DNA of 64,000 bases from a virus (Duplodnaviria > Caudoviricetes): the IMG/VR virus record IMGVR_UViG_3300035696_000004, positions 64,001 to 128,000 of that record; one strand, 5' to 3'. The translations under genes were made by a program, and so were the position numbers. Numbering within the stretch: the stretch's first letter is position 1; the number at the start of each line of letters is the position of its first letter. The notes under the pieces are model-generated. The model did not search any database. It was not told the origin of the DNA and was given only the letters and a program-made list of their open reading frames with translations. Below are positions 1-9,681 of the stretch, in pieces.

Positions 1-20
1 TCAAGGCTTTTAACTCGGAA

Positions 21-704
21 ATGGTCGGCAAGATCAAAGAAACCGATCCGGCTGATTTCAAGAAGCATGCCGATGAAGAGTTCTTGAAAATAGCCGACAC
101 GTTTAAAAACGAGACGGGTGTGGAACTAACCGGTAATTTCGCAGAGACGACCTCTCCATTCGGAGATATTAATGCGTTGCTGAACTATACGGGACCAAAA
201 ACCGAATTCAACAACACCGAAGAACTTCTGGTAAATCTCGAAGCTCTTGGCTCGAAACTTCCGCACCCGGGGGATTTTCCGATCTCTGACCACCTCAAGA
301 CAAATCTTGAGGAACTTCAGGATAGTCTTCATGCGTTGTCGAAACACATCGACGAGGATATCGCCGGGGACTTGTACGAAAATTCACCGAATACTCGGTC
401 CAGTCAAATGTGGGTCAAAAACCTTATTCAAAGGGAGAATGATTACATTCTGCGGATCGTGGTGTTCCTTCGGCATGTCATTCTCACGCATCACGAGTGC
501 AGCCGTATTTATCTCGGTGCGATTCGAATCACGATGAAAGTGCTCGAGTGGCAAATTCGTGATTGCAATGCTGTCCTCAGGGATAAATCTGATCTTCCTC
601 CTGAGAGAGTTACCGAAGTCGAAAACATCAAAGCAGGGTCTTCCGAAGGCATTAAAGGCTTGAAAGAGGTCTTTGCACGTAAACGCCGGGGAGTCTTTTC
701 TTAA
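21..704 (+). CDS. Probable virion/internal head protein, likely 5'-truncated by window edge
   Basis: 227-aa ORF whose frame is open back to the window start; stop overlaps next ATG (TAATG); adjacent to an internal-head-like gene. Confidence 0.45.
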   Translation: MVGKIKETDPADFKKHADEEFLKIADTFKNETGVELTGNFAETTSPFGDINALLNYTGPKTEFNNTEELLVNLEALGSKLPHPGDFPISDHLKTNLEELQDSLHALSKHIDEDIAGDLYENSPNTRSSQMWVKNLIQRENDYILRIVVFLRHVILTHHECSRIYLGAIRITMKVLEWQIRDCNAVLRDKSDLPPERVTEVENIKAGSSEGIKGLKEVFARKRRGVFS

Positions 705-1978
705 TGGACACCTCACTCAAACAGGATTGGGATACGGTACTGGTTCTTGAGTCAGAGATCACCCACTTGGTTGAGTTGTCAAAAGAAATCAAAGGGGACA
801 GCGGTTTGACGCAAGAGATCGCGTTTGAATCCGAAGTCCTCTTTGGTGACAACTCACTTCTCAACACGTATTTCTCTTCTGTACCGTCCTCAGTGAAACA
901 GCAAGCCGCACTGGAGGCGCTCGGGAAAGGTGTCTGGACCGCTATCATTGCTGGGTTGGTCGCCCTCGTAGCGATCTTCACAAAGCTCTGGAAATGGATA
1001 CGCGGGGATTCGCAAGATTCTCCTGGATCGCATTTCCTATCGGAAACCGCCATCAAAGAACTGGAAAAAGAATCGAATGACATCGCCATGCACTCGGTTC
1101 CTCTCTCGGACTTGATGCGGGAACCAAATGATTCGATAGGAGCGGCTGCTCACGCCATGATTCAGAAAGGAGAACATGATGGTGTTCTCTTGAAGCCTTC
1201 TCCTGAACATGGCGACTTCATGATCAATGGCCCGTACTTTGTTGCACACCATCAGGCGATTGCGACACTCAGAACGCTCAAGTTATCGAGGACGTTGTCT
1301 GATTGCGTACAGCTGGTGGACACGTGGGACAGTCGGACAGTCAACCATAATCAGGAGGCGCTCGAGAAAGAGTATGCGATGTTAGCTTCACATGCATCGG
1401 CTATCGATGGTCACGTGGAAACACTACACTCGAGTATCGTCCAAGCCCTGGCAAAGGCAGAATCGACCCTCGTGACACCGGAAACGATTGATGAAATGGT
1501 TCATCGTGCCAATGTCAATCTCACAGCTCTCAATATCGGTGACATCGGTAAAGAGAAAGGTGACATTCGGGATAAACTCGGGATCGTAACGGAGCGCCTT
1601 TCCAAGAAAGTTGGATCGCTGGATTCAGCGGCCAAACTGGAAGCCGGTAAGATGTTTGAAGATGGTGCTGAAGCGGATAGCGTGTTACGCGCTAAGCACT
1701 ATCACGCTGCCGTCGCTAAGGTAGCCTCCACCTCGACAAAGATGCTGCATCTCTTTAACGAACTGGATCGTTACTTCTTATCGGGTATTGCAGCGATCGT
1801 AGAACTCCACCAACATCGTATCAAGTGGGCAGAGTCAGCGATCAGTGAATCCGGTGCTGATGCACAGGCGCAAGCCAAAGCCAGAAAGAAATGGGCAGCG
1901 TACAAGGCGCAGTTGGCGACATTCAAGAAGAATATCGTTGACAATACCGGCGACAATGCCAAGAAAAAAAGAAAGTAG
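704..1978 (+). CDS. phiKZ-like internal head / ejection protein
   Basis: 424 aa; 'AALEALGKGVWTAIIAGLVALVAIFTKLWKWIRG' = ALE head-protease-type motif followed by an amphipathic/hydrophobic helix, as in phiKZ internal head families. Confidence 0.6.
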   Translation: MDTSLKQDWDTVLVLESEITHLVELSKEIKGDSGLTQEIAFESEVLFGDNSLLNTYFSSVPSSVKQQAALEALGKGVWTAIIAGLVALVAIFTKLWKWIRGDSQDSPGSHFLSETAIKELEKESNDIAMHSVPLSDLMREPNDSIGAAAHAMIQKGEHDGVLLKPSPEHGDFMINGPYFVAHHQAIATLRTLKLSRTLSDCVQLVDTWDSRTVNHNQEALEKEYAMLASHASAIDGHVETLHSSIVQALAKAESTLVTPETIDEMVHRANVNLTALNIGDIGKEKGDIRDKLGIVTERLSKKVGSLDSAAKLEAGKMFEDGAEADSVLRAKHYHAAVAKVASTSTKMLHLFNELDRYFLSGIAAIVELHQHRIKWAESAISESGADAQAQAKARKKWAAYKAQLATFKKNIVDNTGDNAKKKRK

Positions 1979-1983
1979 CCATA

Positions 1984-2011
1984 GCCCCAGAGAGCCTAGG
2001 CTCTCTGGGGC
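1984..2011. terminator. Perfect 28-bp palindrome between convergent genes
   Basis: gccccagagagcct|aggctctctggggc. Confidence 0.8.
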
Positions 2012-2022
2012 GTATGACGCTA

Positions 2023-2415
2023 TTAGTTCAAGATATCGTAGAAAAGAACATCGATCACCATGGCGCGGCCGCGATGATCAGTGACCGGTATGGCGACCGC
2101 GTTGGCCTCAAGGCGGACTCTGTTATAAAAACTACTGTCGGGACGAAAAGTGATGTTATCGCTGAAAGCAACATCACCGATATCCGAACTTGTTGGGATA
2201 CGCGTAAGTCCGAGGTCGAGGAGCTCGTCATAAACGGCATCGCTGATCATAGCGCAGAAATGACTCTCCGACGGAAGACCAGCCGGAATCTTCGGGTTTC
2301 TCCGATCCAGCAAAATGTCCACCAAATAAGGTGAGTAGATAATCGGCGGTGTATCGCCGCTATCAAGGAAGTTGGAGATGCGTTTGTAGAGTTTGGCAAT
2401 TTGTTCTTTGGTCAT
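2023..2415 (-). CDS. Hypothetical protein
   Basis: ORF 2023..2538; start moved to MTKEQ to avoid overlap with upstream gene. Confidence 0.5.
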   Translation of the reverse strand: MTKEQIAKLYKRISNFLDSGDTPPIIYSPYLVDILLDRRNPKIPAGLPSESHFCAMISDAVYDELLDLGLTRIPTSSDIGDVAFSDNITFRPDSSFYNRVRLEANAVAIPVTDHRGRAMVIDVLFYDILN

Positions 2416-2440
2416 GATAGACAGACTTTCTTGAGTGAGG

Positions 2441-2833
2441 TCAGTTTTCGAAGACGCGGTAGTTGATGTTGACGTGACCGTAGTACGGGTCGACATGGAT
2501 ATATTTCGTTTTAAAATCATCCGGCCAAGACTCCTCAAAATCCGGCCCCTTCAAAATAGCCAACGCCTTACCGAATATAACGGCGTTGTGAGGTGTTCCG
2601 CGGAGGTCGAAAGACTCCTCGATGAACCCCCACTTGAGGAGATCATCGTAGAAACAGGACTTAATCCAGATCGGGAGGACAGAGATGTCCTCTTCGAGAG
2701 TTTCGCGCTCGGGGTATGGCGTATTAAGAAGATGAGCTGCTTCCGGGCTGTCAATGACGGAAGCGCAATATCCGTCATCGCGAAGCAGGTTGTGGAGGCG
2801 TTGATGCAGTTGGACGACATGTTCGGTTTTCAT
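2441..2833 (-). CDS. Hypothetical protein
   Basis: 130-aa ORF, co-directional with cluster. Confidence 0.65.
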   Translation of the reverse strand: MKTEHVVQLHQRLHNLLRDDGYCASVIDSPEAAHLLNTPYPERETLEEDISVLPIWIKSCFYDDLLKWGFIEESFDLRGTPHNAVIFGKALAILKGPDFEESWPDDFKTKYIHVDPYYGHVNINYRVFEN

Positions 2834-2906
2834 GGTATTCTTTCATGTGATCATAAAGGGCGGCTCGAAAGCCGTCCGATGTTTGGTTGTCTTAAAACTG
2901 AAAGAA

Positions 2907-3860
2907 TCACGGAGCCATCGGGTCGTGGTTCAATCCAGAAAACGGATGCATGGAAGCCGCGCCACTGCATCCGCCCCAAACGGGAGGGAAGTCGATGAAT
3001 CCCGCTTCATCACCATTGGAATCATCGGAATAGTCAAAGAAGTCGCTTTCCGAAGCCCAGTATTCGGCTTCCTTCTTCAGGAGTTCTTTCTTGGGAGTGA
3101 TGAAACGATTGGCATTCTGCTTCGCCCATCGCCGGAAGCGTTTCTTGTTGATGCGGTATCGGGGCACTTGACATGTCATGCCCATGAAGTCGGGTATATC
3201 CGGCGATGACCTCATCTCGATCGTCACGATGCCGAGCTTTTTCAGCGTTTCCACGATAGCTTCAACGTCCCAGACCAATCCGGGGTTGTTTCGGAAAGTC
3301 ACCTGTGAAAGATAGGTCTCGACGAAGATTTCCGGGCCACGCACGTAATGAACGTTTCGACTCGGCGTTGAGTGAAACCAAACGACGAATTGTTTCTTAC
3401 TCTGAGAATAGCGCCGACCATTGTACCGTACAAGACCATAATTCCTCAACAGCGGAATCACATCCCGACGGATATGCTCCCCGACCCGTTTCGGATTGAA
3501 GATCGTACCGTCCCCAACAATTTTTTTGACAATGGGCGCGGTGCCGTCCCAGCGGCCAACAAACTCGACAGCGAAGTCCGTATTAACAGCTGAGCCTATC
3601 GGGATCGTTTGTTTTTCGGGGGAGTCGGATACCAACAAGTCATCGAAGAGCTGTTCGAGTCCTTTTTCGTCAGCATCGGCCGTGTTCGGGGCTTCACGCC
3701 AGATGAAGTCGACAACATAGCTGTCAACACCGTTTGCTGTCACGCCCGCGACGCATCCCAGGAACGGCTCTTGGGGAGAGTGTGTCGGCCCTACATGGAA
3801 ACGCCAGATATCGCCATGGCGAAAGACTTCAGGCGGGAAAAAGGTTTCTTTGGTCGTCAT
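2907..3860 (-). CDS. Hypothetical protein, paralog of 3857..4594
   Basis: N-term FPPEVFRHGDIWRF vs FPPEVFRRGDVWAF; C-term KKRFRRWAKQNANRF vs KKARFYQWLSQNINRM. Confidence 0.75.
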   Translation of the reverse strand: MTTKETFFPPEVFRHGDIWRFHVGPTHSPQEPFLGCVAGVTANGVDSYVVDFIWREAPNTADADEKGLEQLFDDLLVSDSPEKQTIPIGSAVNTDFAVEFVGRWDGTAPIVKKIVGDGTIFNPKRVGEHIRRDVIPLLRNYGLVRYNGRRYSQSKKQFVVWFHSTPSRNVHYVRGPEIFVETYLSQVTFRNNPGLVWDVEAIVETLKKLGIVTIEMRSSPDIPDFMGMTCQVPRYRINKKRFRRWAKQNANRFITPKKELLKKEAEYWASESDFFDYSDDSNGDEAGFIDFPPVWGGCSGAASMHPFSGLNHDPMAP

Positions 3861-4594
3861 TTTGATATCTCCTCGTCGAGCTGATCCAGATAGGTGTAAT
3901 AAAGTTGCATTTCACGAGCACGATCTTCTCGCTCGAGTCTCACCAGTGTGGACTCGGAAACCAGCATTCGGTTGATATTCTGACTCAGCCACTGGTAGAA
4001 GCGGGCCTTTTTGGCTTTCGATCCAGACCAGTAAATGTCGTTTGCAAAGAGGCCGGCAGCCTTCGCTTTTTCCGAGAGGCGCTCGAAGTCAATTCTGTGC
4101 AGCGTACTGAGCGCATCGAGATCCCGCCGCTTGTGTTTGATAAAGTCCGACACCATCCGCCAGAGCAAGGTTTCCTCGTAATACCAGTAGCTGTCAAAAC
4201 TTCGAGGGATGCGCGTGGAGTCCTCCAGGAGATACGTTCCGAACGTTTCCGGAGGGAGCTGACGTATCCGAGTGATAAATTTCACGGGGACCGGAAAGTC
4301 CAACATGCGACCTACGAAACGGGTCGCCCAACGGATGTTGGTAGTGGTTTGCGACTGCCTCGCCTCGTGGTCGTTTTTGAAATATACAAACCCTTCTTTT
4401 CGGTGGTTCTGGGTCCAAAGGAATTGCACGAGATAATTCTCCCGATCAATTCGGATGACTTTATCGACACAGCCCAGAAAGCTACCGATGCTGGTGCCGA
4501 AGACAACGAAAGCCCAGACGTCGCCACGTCTGAAGACTTCCGGGGGAAAGCGTCCTTTTGATTTCTTTTGAGGGCGCAGGCGCTGGATAGACAT
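3857..4594 (-). CDS. Hypothetical protein, paralog of 2907..3860
   Basis: Shared N- and C-terminal motifs; ATGA overlap with neighbour. Confidence 0.75.
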   Translation of the reverse strand: MSIQRLRPQKKSKGRFPPEVFRRGDVWAFVVFGTSIGSFLGCVDKVIRIDRENYLVQFLWTQNHRKEGFVYFKNDHEARQSQTTTNIRWATRFVGRMLDFPVPVKFITRIRQLPPETFGTYLLEDSTRIPRSFDSYWYYEETLLWRMVSDFIKHKRRDLDALSTLHRIDFERLSEKAKAAGLFANDIYWSGSKAKKARFYQWLSQNINRMLVSESTLVRLEREDRAREMQLYYTYLDQLDEEISK

Positions 4595-4619
4595 TTGTGT
4601 ACTCCTTTATTAATGGGGA

Positions 4620-5045
4620 TCATTCTTCAGCCAATAACCCAAGTAGTCGGTTTTGAAGGATTTCGATGACTTCTTTGTCTTCGGGTCGACCCATTACTTG
4701 GAGCTGGTGCAGGATCGTCTTGAGCGAGTAGACCCACACATCACACATGGCCCGCTCGTAATCCTCCGACATGATGGCGTTCGGGTGGTATGTCAGATGA
4801 AGTCGGATGTCTTTCGAAAATTGAACAACCTTATGGCCGTTATAGTCGGCCAGATCGAACTGGTTCATTTTGAGGATGTGTTCGAACATGCACGGGGCGA
4901 CCTCAATCTCCAGGCACGTAGCCTCGTTCAAAACACCATGAAAAACGCAGGCGGCTTCGCCACTGACGATAGCGTCCGAGGTCACTTCGATACTCAAGAG
5001 AGTGCAGAAACGATCGTAGAGGTTAAGCAATTCAGTTTTGGTCAT
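4620..5045 (-). CDS. Possible degenerate nucleotidyltransferase-fold protein
   Basis: 'SGEAACVFHGVLNEATCLEIEV' resembles GGAAxxxHG...TxDxD, but acidic catalytic residues are altered; first gene after an early promoter. Confidence 0.4.
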   Translation of the reverse strand: MTKTELLNLYDRFCTLLSIEVTSDAIVSGEAACVFHGVLNEATCLEIEVAPCMFEHILKMNQFDLADYNGHKVVQFSKDIRLHLTYHPNAIMSEDYERAMCDVWVYSLKTILHQLQVMGRPEDKEVIEILQNRLLGLLAEE

Positions 5046-5099
5046 GGTAAATCCTTTCTTAGAAATGAATGATGCGGATGACTACGCAATGTCATTCCA

Positions 5100-5124
5100 A
5101 TTATATATTCTTGAAATATTCTAG
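5100..5124 (-). promoter_or_regulatory. Early (virion RNAP-type) promoter
   Basis: Minus strand CTAGAATATTTCA-AGAA-TATATAAT; variant of a 25-mer seen six times; TATATTAC is the phiKZ early consensus. Confidence 0.7.
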
Positions 5125-5125
5125 G

Positions 5126-5611
5126 TTACATCGAATACATCCGACCCATGATGTCTGCAAAAGTCTCTTCTTCAACTTTGACAGTCGGTTTGTCAATCAT
5201 CCGACCGCACTGTGAGATTTCTTTGAGCTTGACTTCCCCGTTCCGAATGAGTGTTCGAAAGTCTACCCATCCTACCGGTGCTGCACCCGAATGCACCGTC
5301 ACCCGCACGATTCCCTCTTCCCCTGAACGCTTGGCTTCTCGAACGACTTCGATAGAGAAGACGAGAGAATCAAACTTCCCCTCGTTGTAATGCTTCTCCA
5401 TCAATTCTGCTGTTTCAGCTTTATGCGTCGTGGTTTGATCGAGGACCCAATTACTCTTGGGGGAGTAATGCATCGTGTCCCAGACGATGCTCAGGAAGTG
5501 ATACTTCATGGCAGTACGCCACACACCAGTGTTGAGAGAAGTCGCTCCCAAAGCCTTCAGGAGGGCGTCTATGGCGATTCTTTTGTCCAATACACGGTTC
5601 AGGTATTTCAT
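5126..5611 (-). CDS. Hypothetical protein
   Basis: 161-aa ORF with GGAG RBS. Confidence 0.7.
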   Translation of the reverse strand: MKYLNRVLDKRIAIDALLKALGATSLNTGVWRTAMKYHFLSIVWDTMHYSPKSNWVLDQTTTHKAETAELMEKHYNEGKFDSLVFSIEVVREAKRSGEEGIVRVTVHSGAAPVGWVDFRTLIRNGEVKLKEISQCGRMIDKPTVKVEEETFADIMGRMYSM

Positions 5612-5674
5612 TTTTGTATACTCCCTGGTCTATCTCCTCTGAAAGGAAATAAAAAATAAATCAATGATGCCCGA

Positions 5675-5995
5675 TTACTTGAAGAGCTTGAAGAAGTCGT
5701 CATTCTCTTCTTCAAACGCTTTATTGATCGTGTATTTATACCGGGATGTAAATCGACGTTCACCGCGCGAAGCCCAAGTATGCGGACGAATAACGGTTGC
5801 CGGTTCATGGAGCCGGCTGATACAACCAATCTTCAACATGGCGTTGAGATCACTTTGCGCCGTACTGGTCGGTGTCGAAGATTTCATGTAGAACTTTTCA
5901 CCCAGGAACCGGGCCGTAAAACTCTCGTCGCTGTTCTCTTTCAGGAAAGTATAGAGGGCAAAACGTCGGGCTTGTACTTGTCTGTGCGTACTCAT
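5675..5995 (-). CDS. Small winged-helix-like protein, paralog of 6053..6328
   Basis: 'FLKENSDESFTARFLG...QSDLNAMLKIGCISR...KYTI' pattern typical of wHTH. Confidence 0.5.
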   Translation of the reverse strand: MSTHRQVQARRFALYTFLKENSDESFTARFLGEKFYMKSSTPTSTAQSDLNAMLKIGCISRLHEPATVIRPHTWASRGERRFTSRYKYTINKAFEEENDDFFKLFK

Positions 5996-6016
5996 TATTT
6001 TCTTTCAGCTGTTATA

Positions 6017-6044
6017 GAGCTCTGAGGCAAACGCCTCAGAGCTC
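6017..6044 (-). terminator. Stem-loop
   Basis: gagctctgaggc-aaac-gcctcagagctc, 12-bp stem. Confidence 0.7.
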
Positions 6045-6052
6045 GTGTGATG

Positions 6053-6328
6053 TCAAGGTGTCTTTATCGAATACTGATACTTCATTTTTCGAACGTACGG
6101 TTTACCTTCCGGGTTCTTGCAATGTTTCACATGAACCGCCGGTGTCCGGACCACGACACCCTGATCAACCATGGCCGATAGGTCGGACCATAATGCAGAA
6201 GGGCGATCGTACCCCAAGAACAAACACAGTTCATCAGAAAAGAATTGACGTCCTTTGTTCTTCGAGAGGTACTGCCGTAAAACATCCCTTCTCTGTTCAG
6301 CCTTCTTGGCGATTAGGAAAGTCGCCAT
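6053..6328 (-). CDS. Small winged-helix-like protein, paralog of 5675..5995
   Basis: 'YLSKNKGRQFFSDEL...WSDLSAMVDQGVVVR...KYQYSI'. Confidence 0.5.
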   Translation of the reverse strand: MATFLIAKKAEQRRDVLRQYLSKNKGRQFFSDELCLFLGYDRPSALWSDLSAMVDQGVVVRTPAVHVKHCKNPEGKPYVRKMKYQYSIKTP

Positions 6329-6334
6329 GCAGAC

Positions 6335-6835
6335 TTAGACCGGGTCAGTGGACTTTTCTTCGGCTTCCGGCGTCGACTCTTGGTCGAACCGATCTTCAGC
6401 GTCATCGAGCTTTTTACGCATTTCATCTTCCAGGGCTTGCAGAGCAGCCGCACGGTCTGCACCTTCTTCAGCCGGGATGAAGATTTCCTTGCCGACTTGG
6501 AAGTCAGTCGGAACGACGCCGCCGTTGGCCAGGGTTGCACGAATCAGATCTTCGGAGATTTCAGTATCGGTCGGTACCGACACAGCGATTTCGGGGTCAT
6601 CAATCTTTTCGGCTTTGGCGAAGAGCGGATCGACCGGAAGCTTTTCAGCCGAAGCGAAGGCCTTTTGCATGGCCATGACAGCGATCATGCCGCGCTGAGT
6701 CATGCGGGACAGACCAGCACGGGGATTGACAGTGACCGGTGCTTCACCGGCTTCGGTGACCGTTTTCAGAGCAGCAGCTTGTTCTTTGCGATGTTCGAAC
6801 GAACCGCGGAGTTTGGCTTGACCCATTTTTTTCAT
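6335..6835 (-). CDS. Hypothetical protein
   Basis: 166 aa; MGQAKLRGSFEHRK N-terminal motif common in phage hypotheticals; acidic C-terminus. Confidence 0.7.
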   Translation of the reverse strand: MKKMGQAKLRGSFEHRKEQAAALKTVTEAGEAPVTVNPRAGLSRMTQRGMIAVMAMQKAFASAEKLPVDPLFAKAEKIDDPEIAVSVPTDTEISEDLIRATLANGGVVPTDFQVGKEIFIPAEEGADRAAALQALEDEMRKKLDDAEDRFDQESTPEAEEKSTDPV

Positions 6836-6849
6836 TCCTTGATTTGGTG

Positions 6850-7230
6850 TTACGCGAGTTTGATAAAGGTGTCGAGTATAGCGTCGACTAGCATTCGAAC
6901 GAGGACGGCGACGAGGGCGTACCCAGCAATAGGAAAGTGCCTCGTGATCAACGCAAGGAAGCCCGCCAGTAACAACATCTTGATGATTTCTGTGCTTTCC
7001 CTCACGAAGTCGCCCGTTTTGGTGTTGATGTGAAACCGGCTATTGCGAACTTGAACTTTCCGAACGAAAGCCCGTACCGCAACAAAGCAGATCCAATCAC
7101 ACCGGAGAAAGAGCAATGAACCCAGTGTCAGCACCCAAAGTACAGCACTGACACTGATGTCGATCATGAGCAGGCATCTGACCACTTGATCGATGTACCC
7201 GATAACATCAGAAAAGACCATGGTGATCAT
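6850..7230 (-). CDS. Membrane protein
   Basis: Several hydrophobic segments. Confidence 0.55.
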   Translation of the reverse strand: MITMVFSDVIGYIDQVVRCLLMIDISVSAVLWVLTLGSLLFLRCDWICFVAVRAFVRKVQVRNSRFHINTKTGDFVRESTEIIKMLLLAGFLALITRHFPIAGYALVAVLVRMLVDAILDTFIKLA

Positions 7231-8093
7231 TCCAGAAGTTTAACAGGCCAACCCGGTTCTTTCCATGTTGCCGGAATGGGCTTGAAGGCCAACGGACTGT
7301 AGGCGATAGAGAGCGCGTTCAACGCCGCAATGGAGACACGGGAAAACTGAGCGGCACGCGTAACCATTTGCATACCGATCTTCACCGCTTTCAACTTTTG
7401 ATAGAAGAAGAGGTCATCGAAAGCCGGATCATCCGGATGTGTTTCCAGGTAGCTGATGTACTTGGTCAGCACCGGCAGAGGTGTGCTGATATGCACAAAC
7501 CACGCGTGAACCTGTGCTCGCCATTCTTGTTCAGCCGCTGCGATCTGCTTCGGGACGTTGGGATCGTGATCCGGACCGAGAACGAGCCAATCCAGATTCA
7601 ATTCCAACGGCGTGACGTGGAAGCAGTGTTCATCGATTCGGTTGTCTTTCAGGCCTCGGCCGTTCCAAACGGCTTTGGTCGAATAGACCGGTTTCAGAAT
7701 CTGACTATCCTTGAGGAATGACGCGATCACGTCAGATCCCTTGTAACGCTCGAGGTCAGCAGATGCCTCCTTGAGTGTTTGCATCGATGGCCAGATCGCC
7801 GGTATGAGTTCGCCTGTCGGCAACAACCCCACGATGTGTCCGTACTTCTTCACGAAGCGCCGGCAGCGATTGCAGTTGTGCTGCTGACGGACATCTTCCG
7901 GAAGGTTGGCTAAGAACGTATCGAATAGATCGACCGTTTTGTGAGGTTGCCCCTCGCGCGGCAACCATTTCGGGAGTTCGACGTAGTAAAGGCGCCCGCC
8001 AGAGAGATGCATGCAGGCGTCGAGCTGCTTCTGCATCTGTTCGCGGAAGAGGTTGAAGATCGGGTCTTCGTTGTGTTTGAAAGGTTTGGCCAT
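7227..8093 (-). CDS. HNCxxC-motif protein, short paralog of 25705..27366
   Basis: RQQHNCNRCRRFVKKYG vs RQEHNCSTCRRFISMYG. Confidence 0.75.
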   Translation of the reverse strand: MAKPFKHNEDPIFNLFREQMQKQLDACMHLSGGRLYYVELPKWLPREGQPHKTVDLFDTFLANLPEDVRQQHNCNRCRRFVKKYGHIVGLLPTGELIPAIWPSMQTLKEASADLERYKGSDVIASFLKDSQILKPVYSTKAVWNGRGLKDNRIDEHCFHVTPLELNLDWLVLGPDHDPNVPKQIAAAEQEWRAQVHAWFVHISTPLPVLTKYISYLETHPDDPAFDDLFFYQKLKAVKIGMQMVTRAAQFSRVSIAALNALSIAYSPLAFKPIPATWKEPGWPVKLLE

Positions 8094-8095
8094 GG

Positions 8096-8272
8096 TCAGT
8101 CCTTTTTGAACCGTTCCACGAGCTTGTTCAGCGCCGCCGGCGAAGGAGTGTGATCAACACGCGGTTTCTTCTTGGGTTGATCGATGTCTTTCGCGACGAT
8201 AGCACGCTGCACGTCCGGACGCTTCATGAGGGTTTCGAACGATTCTTCTTGATTCCGTTGTCCTTCGGACAT
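8096..8272 (-). CDS. Small hypothetical protein (58 aa, below ORF-track cutoff)
   Basis: MSEGQRNQEESFETLMKR...ERFKKD*, AAGGGG RBS, fills gap. Confidence 0.55.
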   Translation of the reverse strand: MSEGQRNQEESFETLMKRPDVQRAIVAKDIDQPKKKPRVDHTPSPAALNKLVERFKKD

Positions 8273-8353
8273 TCTTACATCCCCTTATTGATGATGAAAA
8301 GATACGAGGCGAAAGGGCTACACAAACCATTTCGCCTCGCTGTTTAAATTGGC

Positions 8354-9202
8354 TTAGCTGAACAACCGATGCAGTTCAGCAAAGTATTCAGCCTTATGCG
8401 CTTTGACCAGGTCCAGGTCTTTACGGATGGAGTTGTACGACGAGCGTGCGGCTTGCACCACGTAGTTGATCTCAGCTTCCTCGACCTCTTGATCAGACGG
8501 ATAGTTTTCACGGCAACTGAGATAGTCGTCAATCTCACGCTCCATTTCTTCTATCGCGTGGTGGATTCGCTCAAACTGTTCGAATAGCCGCATATTCAGT
8601 TTGGTAGGGAGAAAGGTCTCGATCTTCAACGCCACTTCATGGTACTTCACCAGGATATCGTGATCACGAGGGAAGAGCATCACCAGCACAGACGCCCAAT
8701 TGATATCTCGGCTGATCGCGTACCAACCATGTTCGGACTTTGTGCGGGTTTCCCAGGTCCCGAGAGGGCCTCTTTTTTCTTGATGTTTACCGAGGAGTGA
8801 TTTCTTCGTGATATTGAGAAGAAGAACCGATGTCACCGCAGGCATTGTCAGAAGGTCTTCGAACGCCACTTTGAGAGGACAATCCGTTTCTTTCGAAAGG
8901 GCTATTACTGCTTCGACGACTTCCGGTTGGAGCAGGCGGATCAGCAACTTTTCCGTCAGGTTTTCAATCCGGTAGAAGTAATCGATCGGCGCCCCCAAAA
9001 TAGCTGCCTGAATCGCGTCCTGCCGACCTCTCAGATATCGCTCGAAGTGAGTCAGTTCTTCGATGAGGGACAGGGTCGCCTTGAGGTGCTCAGCGGGCAG
9101 GTCTGTCATTCCTGTTTTCCAGTAGGCGACGATGCCTCGTTTATGACGCCGATACCAGCTGAATAGCCAGAGACCCGCCGGACCAGTGTGGATAGGATCC
9201 AT
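8354..9202 (-). CDS. Hypothetical protein
   Basis: 282-aa ORF, AAGGA RBS. Confidence 0.7.
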   Translation of the reverse strand: MDPIHTGPAGLWLFSWYRRHKRGIVAYWKTGMTDLPAEHLKATLSLIEELTHFERYLRGRQDAIQAAILGAPIDYFYRIENLTEKLLIRLLQPEVVEAVIALSKETDCPLKVAFEDLLTMPAVTSVLLLNITKKSLLGKHQEKRGPLGTWETRTKSEHGWYAISRDINWASVLVMLFPRDHDILVKYHEVALKIETFLPTKLNMRLFEQFERIHHAIEEMEREIDDYLSCRENYPSDQEVEEAEINYVVQAARSSYNSIRKDLDLVKAHKAEYFAELHRLFS

Positions 9203-9291
9203 TTCTTGGTTTCCTTATTTTAATTGGTGTGCCGATGTTCTTATCGGTCGCTGCGACCGTCCGGAAAGAGTTTGATCGTCATTGTTTTCTT

Positions 9292-9681
9292 TCAGGACAA
9301 GAGGAGACTAGTAATATACAGAAAGATCACTGCCGCTACAGAGAGCACTACAGTCAGTAGAAGGCCAATAATAGACGAATACACCCAATCCTTTTGCGGA
9401 ACTTCCGTTCTTTTGTGGTGGATACACGTAATCACAACGAATGCAAGAATGATCGCGATGTAGATCCCCGCTACGATGTGATTTGAACGGGCGCTATTCG
9501 GAACAGGATACAAATAGTTCACACATTCGCTGTACCCTCTCATTTCTTCGACAGACGGCTTTGGATTGTGGTAGTTTGCGATCGTGCTTATACATGCTGC
9601 CTTGTGGGCTTTTTCTGCATCGATAGCAGCCTGAGTCGCGATAACAGTGGTTGTTACCGCGATGGCAGTTCCAATAGGCAT
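9292..9681 (-). CDS. Membrane protein
   Basis: Two C-terminal TM segments. Confidence 0.65.
   Translation of the reverse strand: MPIGTAIAVTTTVIATQAAIDAEKAHKAACISTIANYHNPKPSVEEMRGYSECVNYLYPVPNSARSNHIVAGIYIAIILAFVVITCIHHKRTEVPQKDWVYSSIIGLLLTVVLSVAAVIFLYITSLLLS

Noticed and set aside
9311-9318. TATATTAC inside the end of CDS 9292..9681
   Set aside because: Lacks the upstream TTCA-containing element and encodes YIT; probably chance, though a weak promoter cannot be excluded
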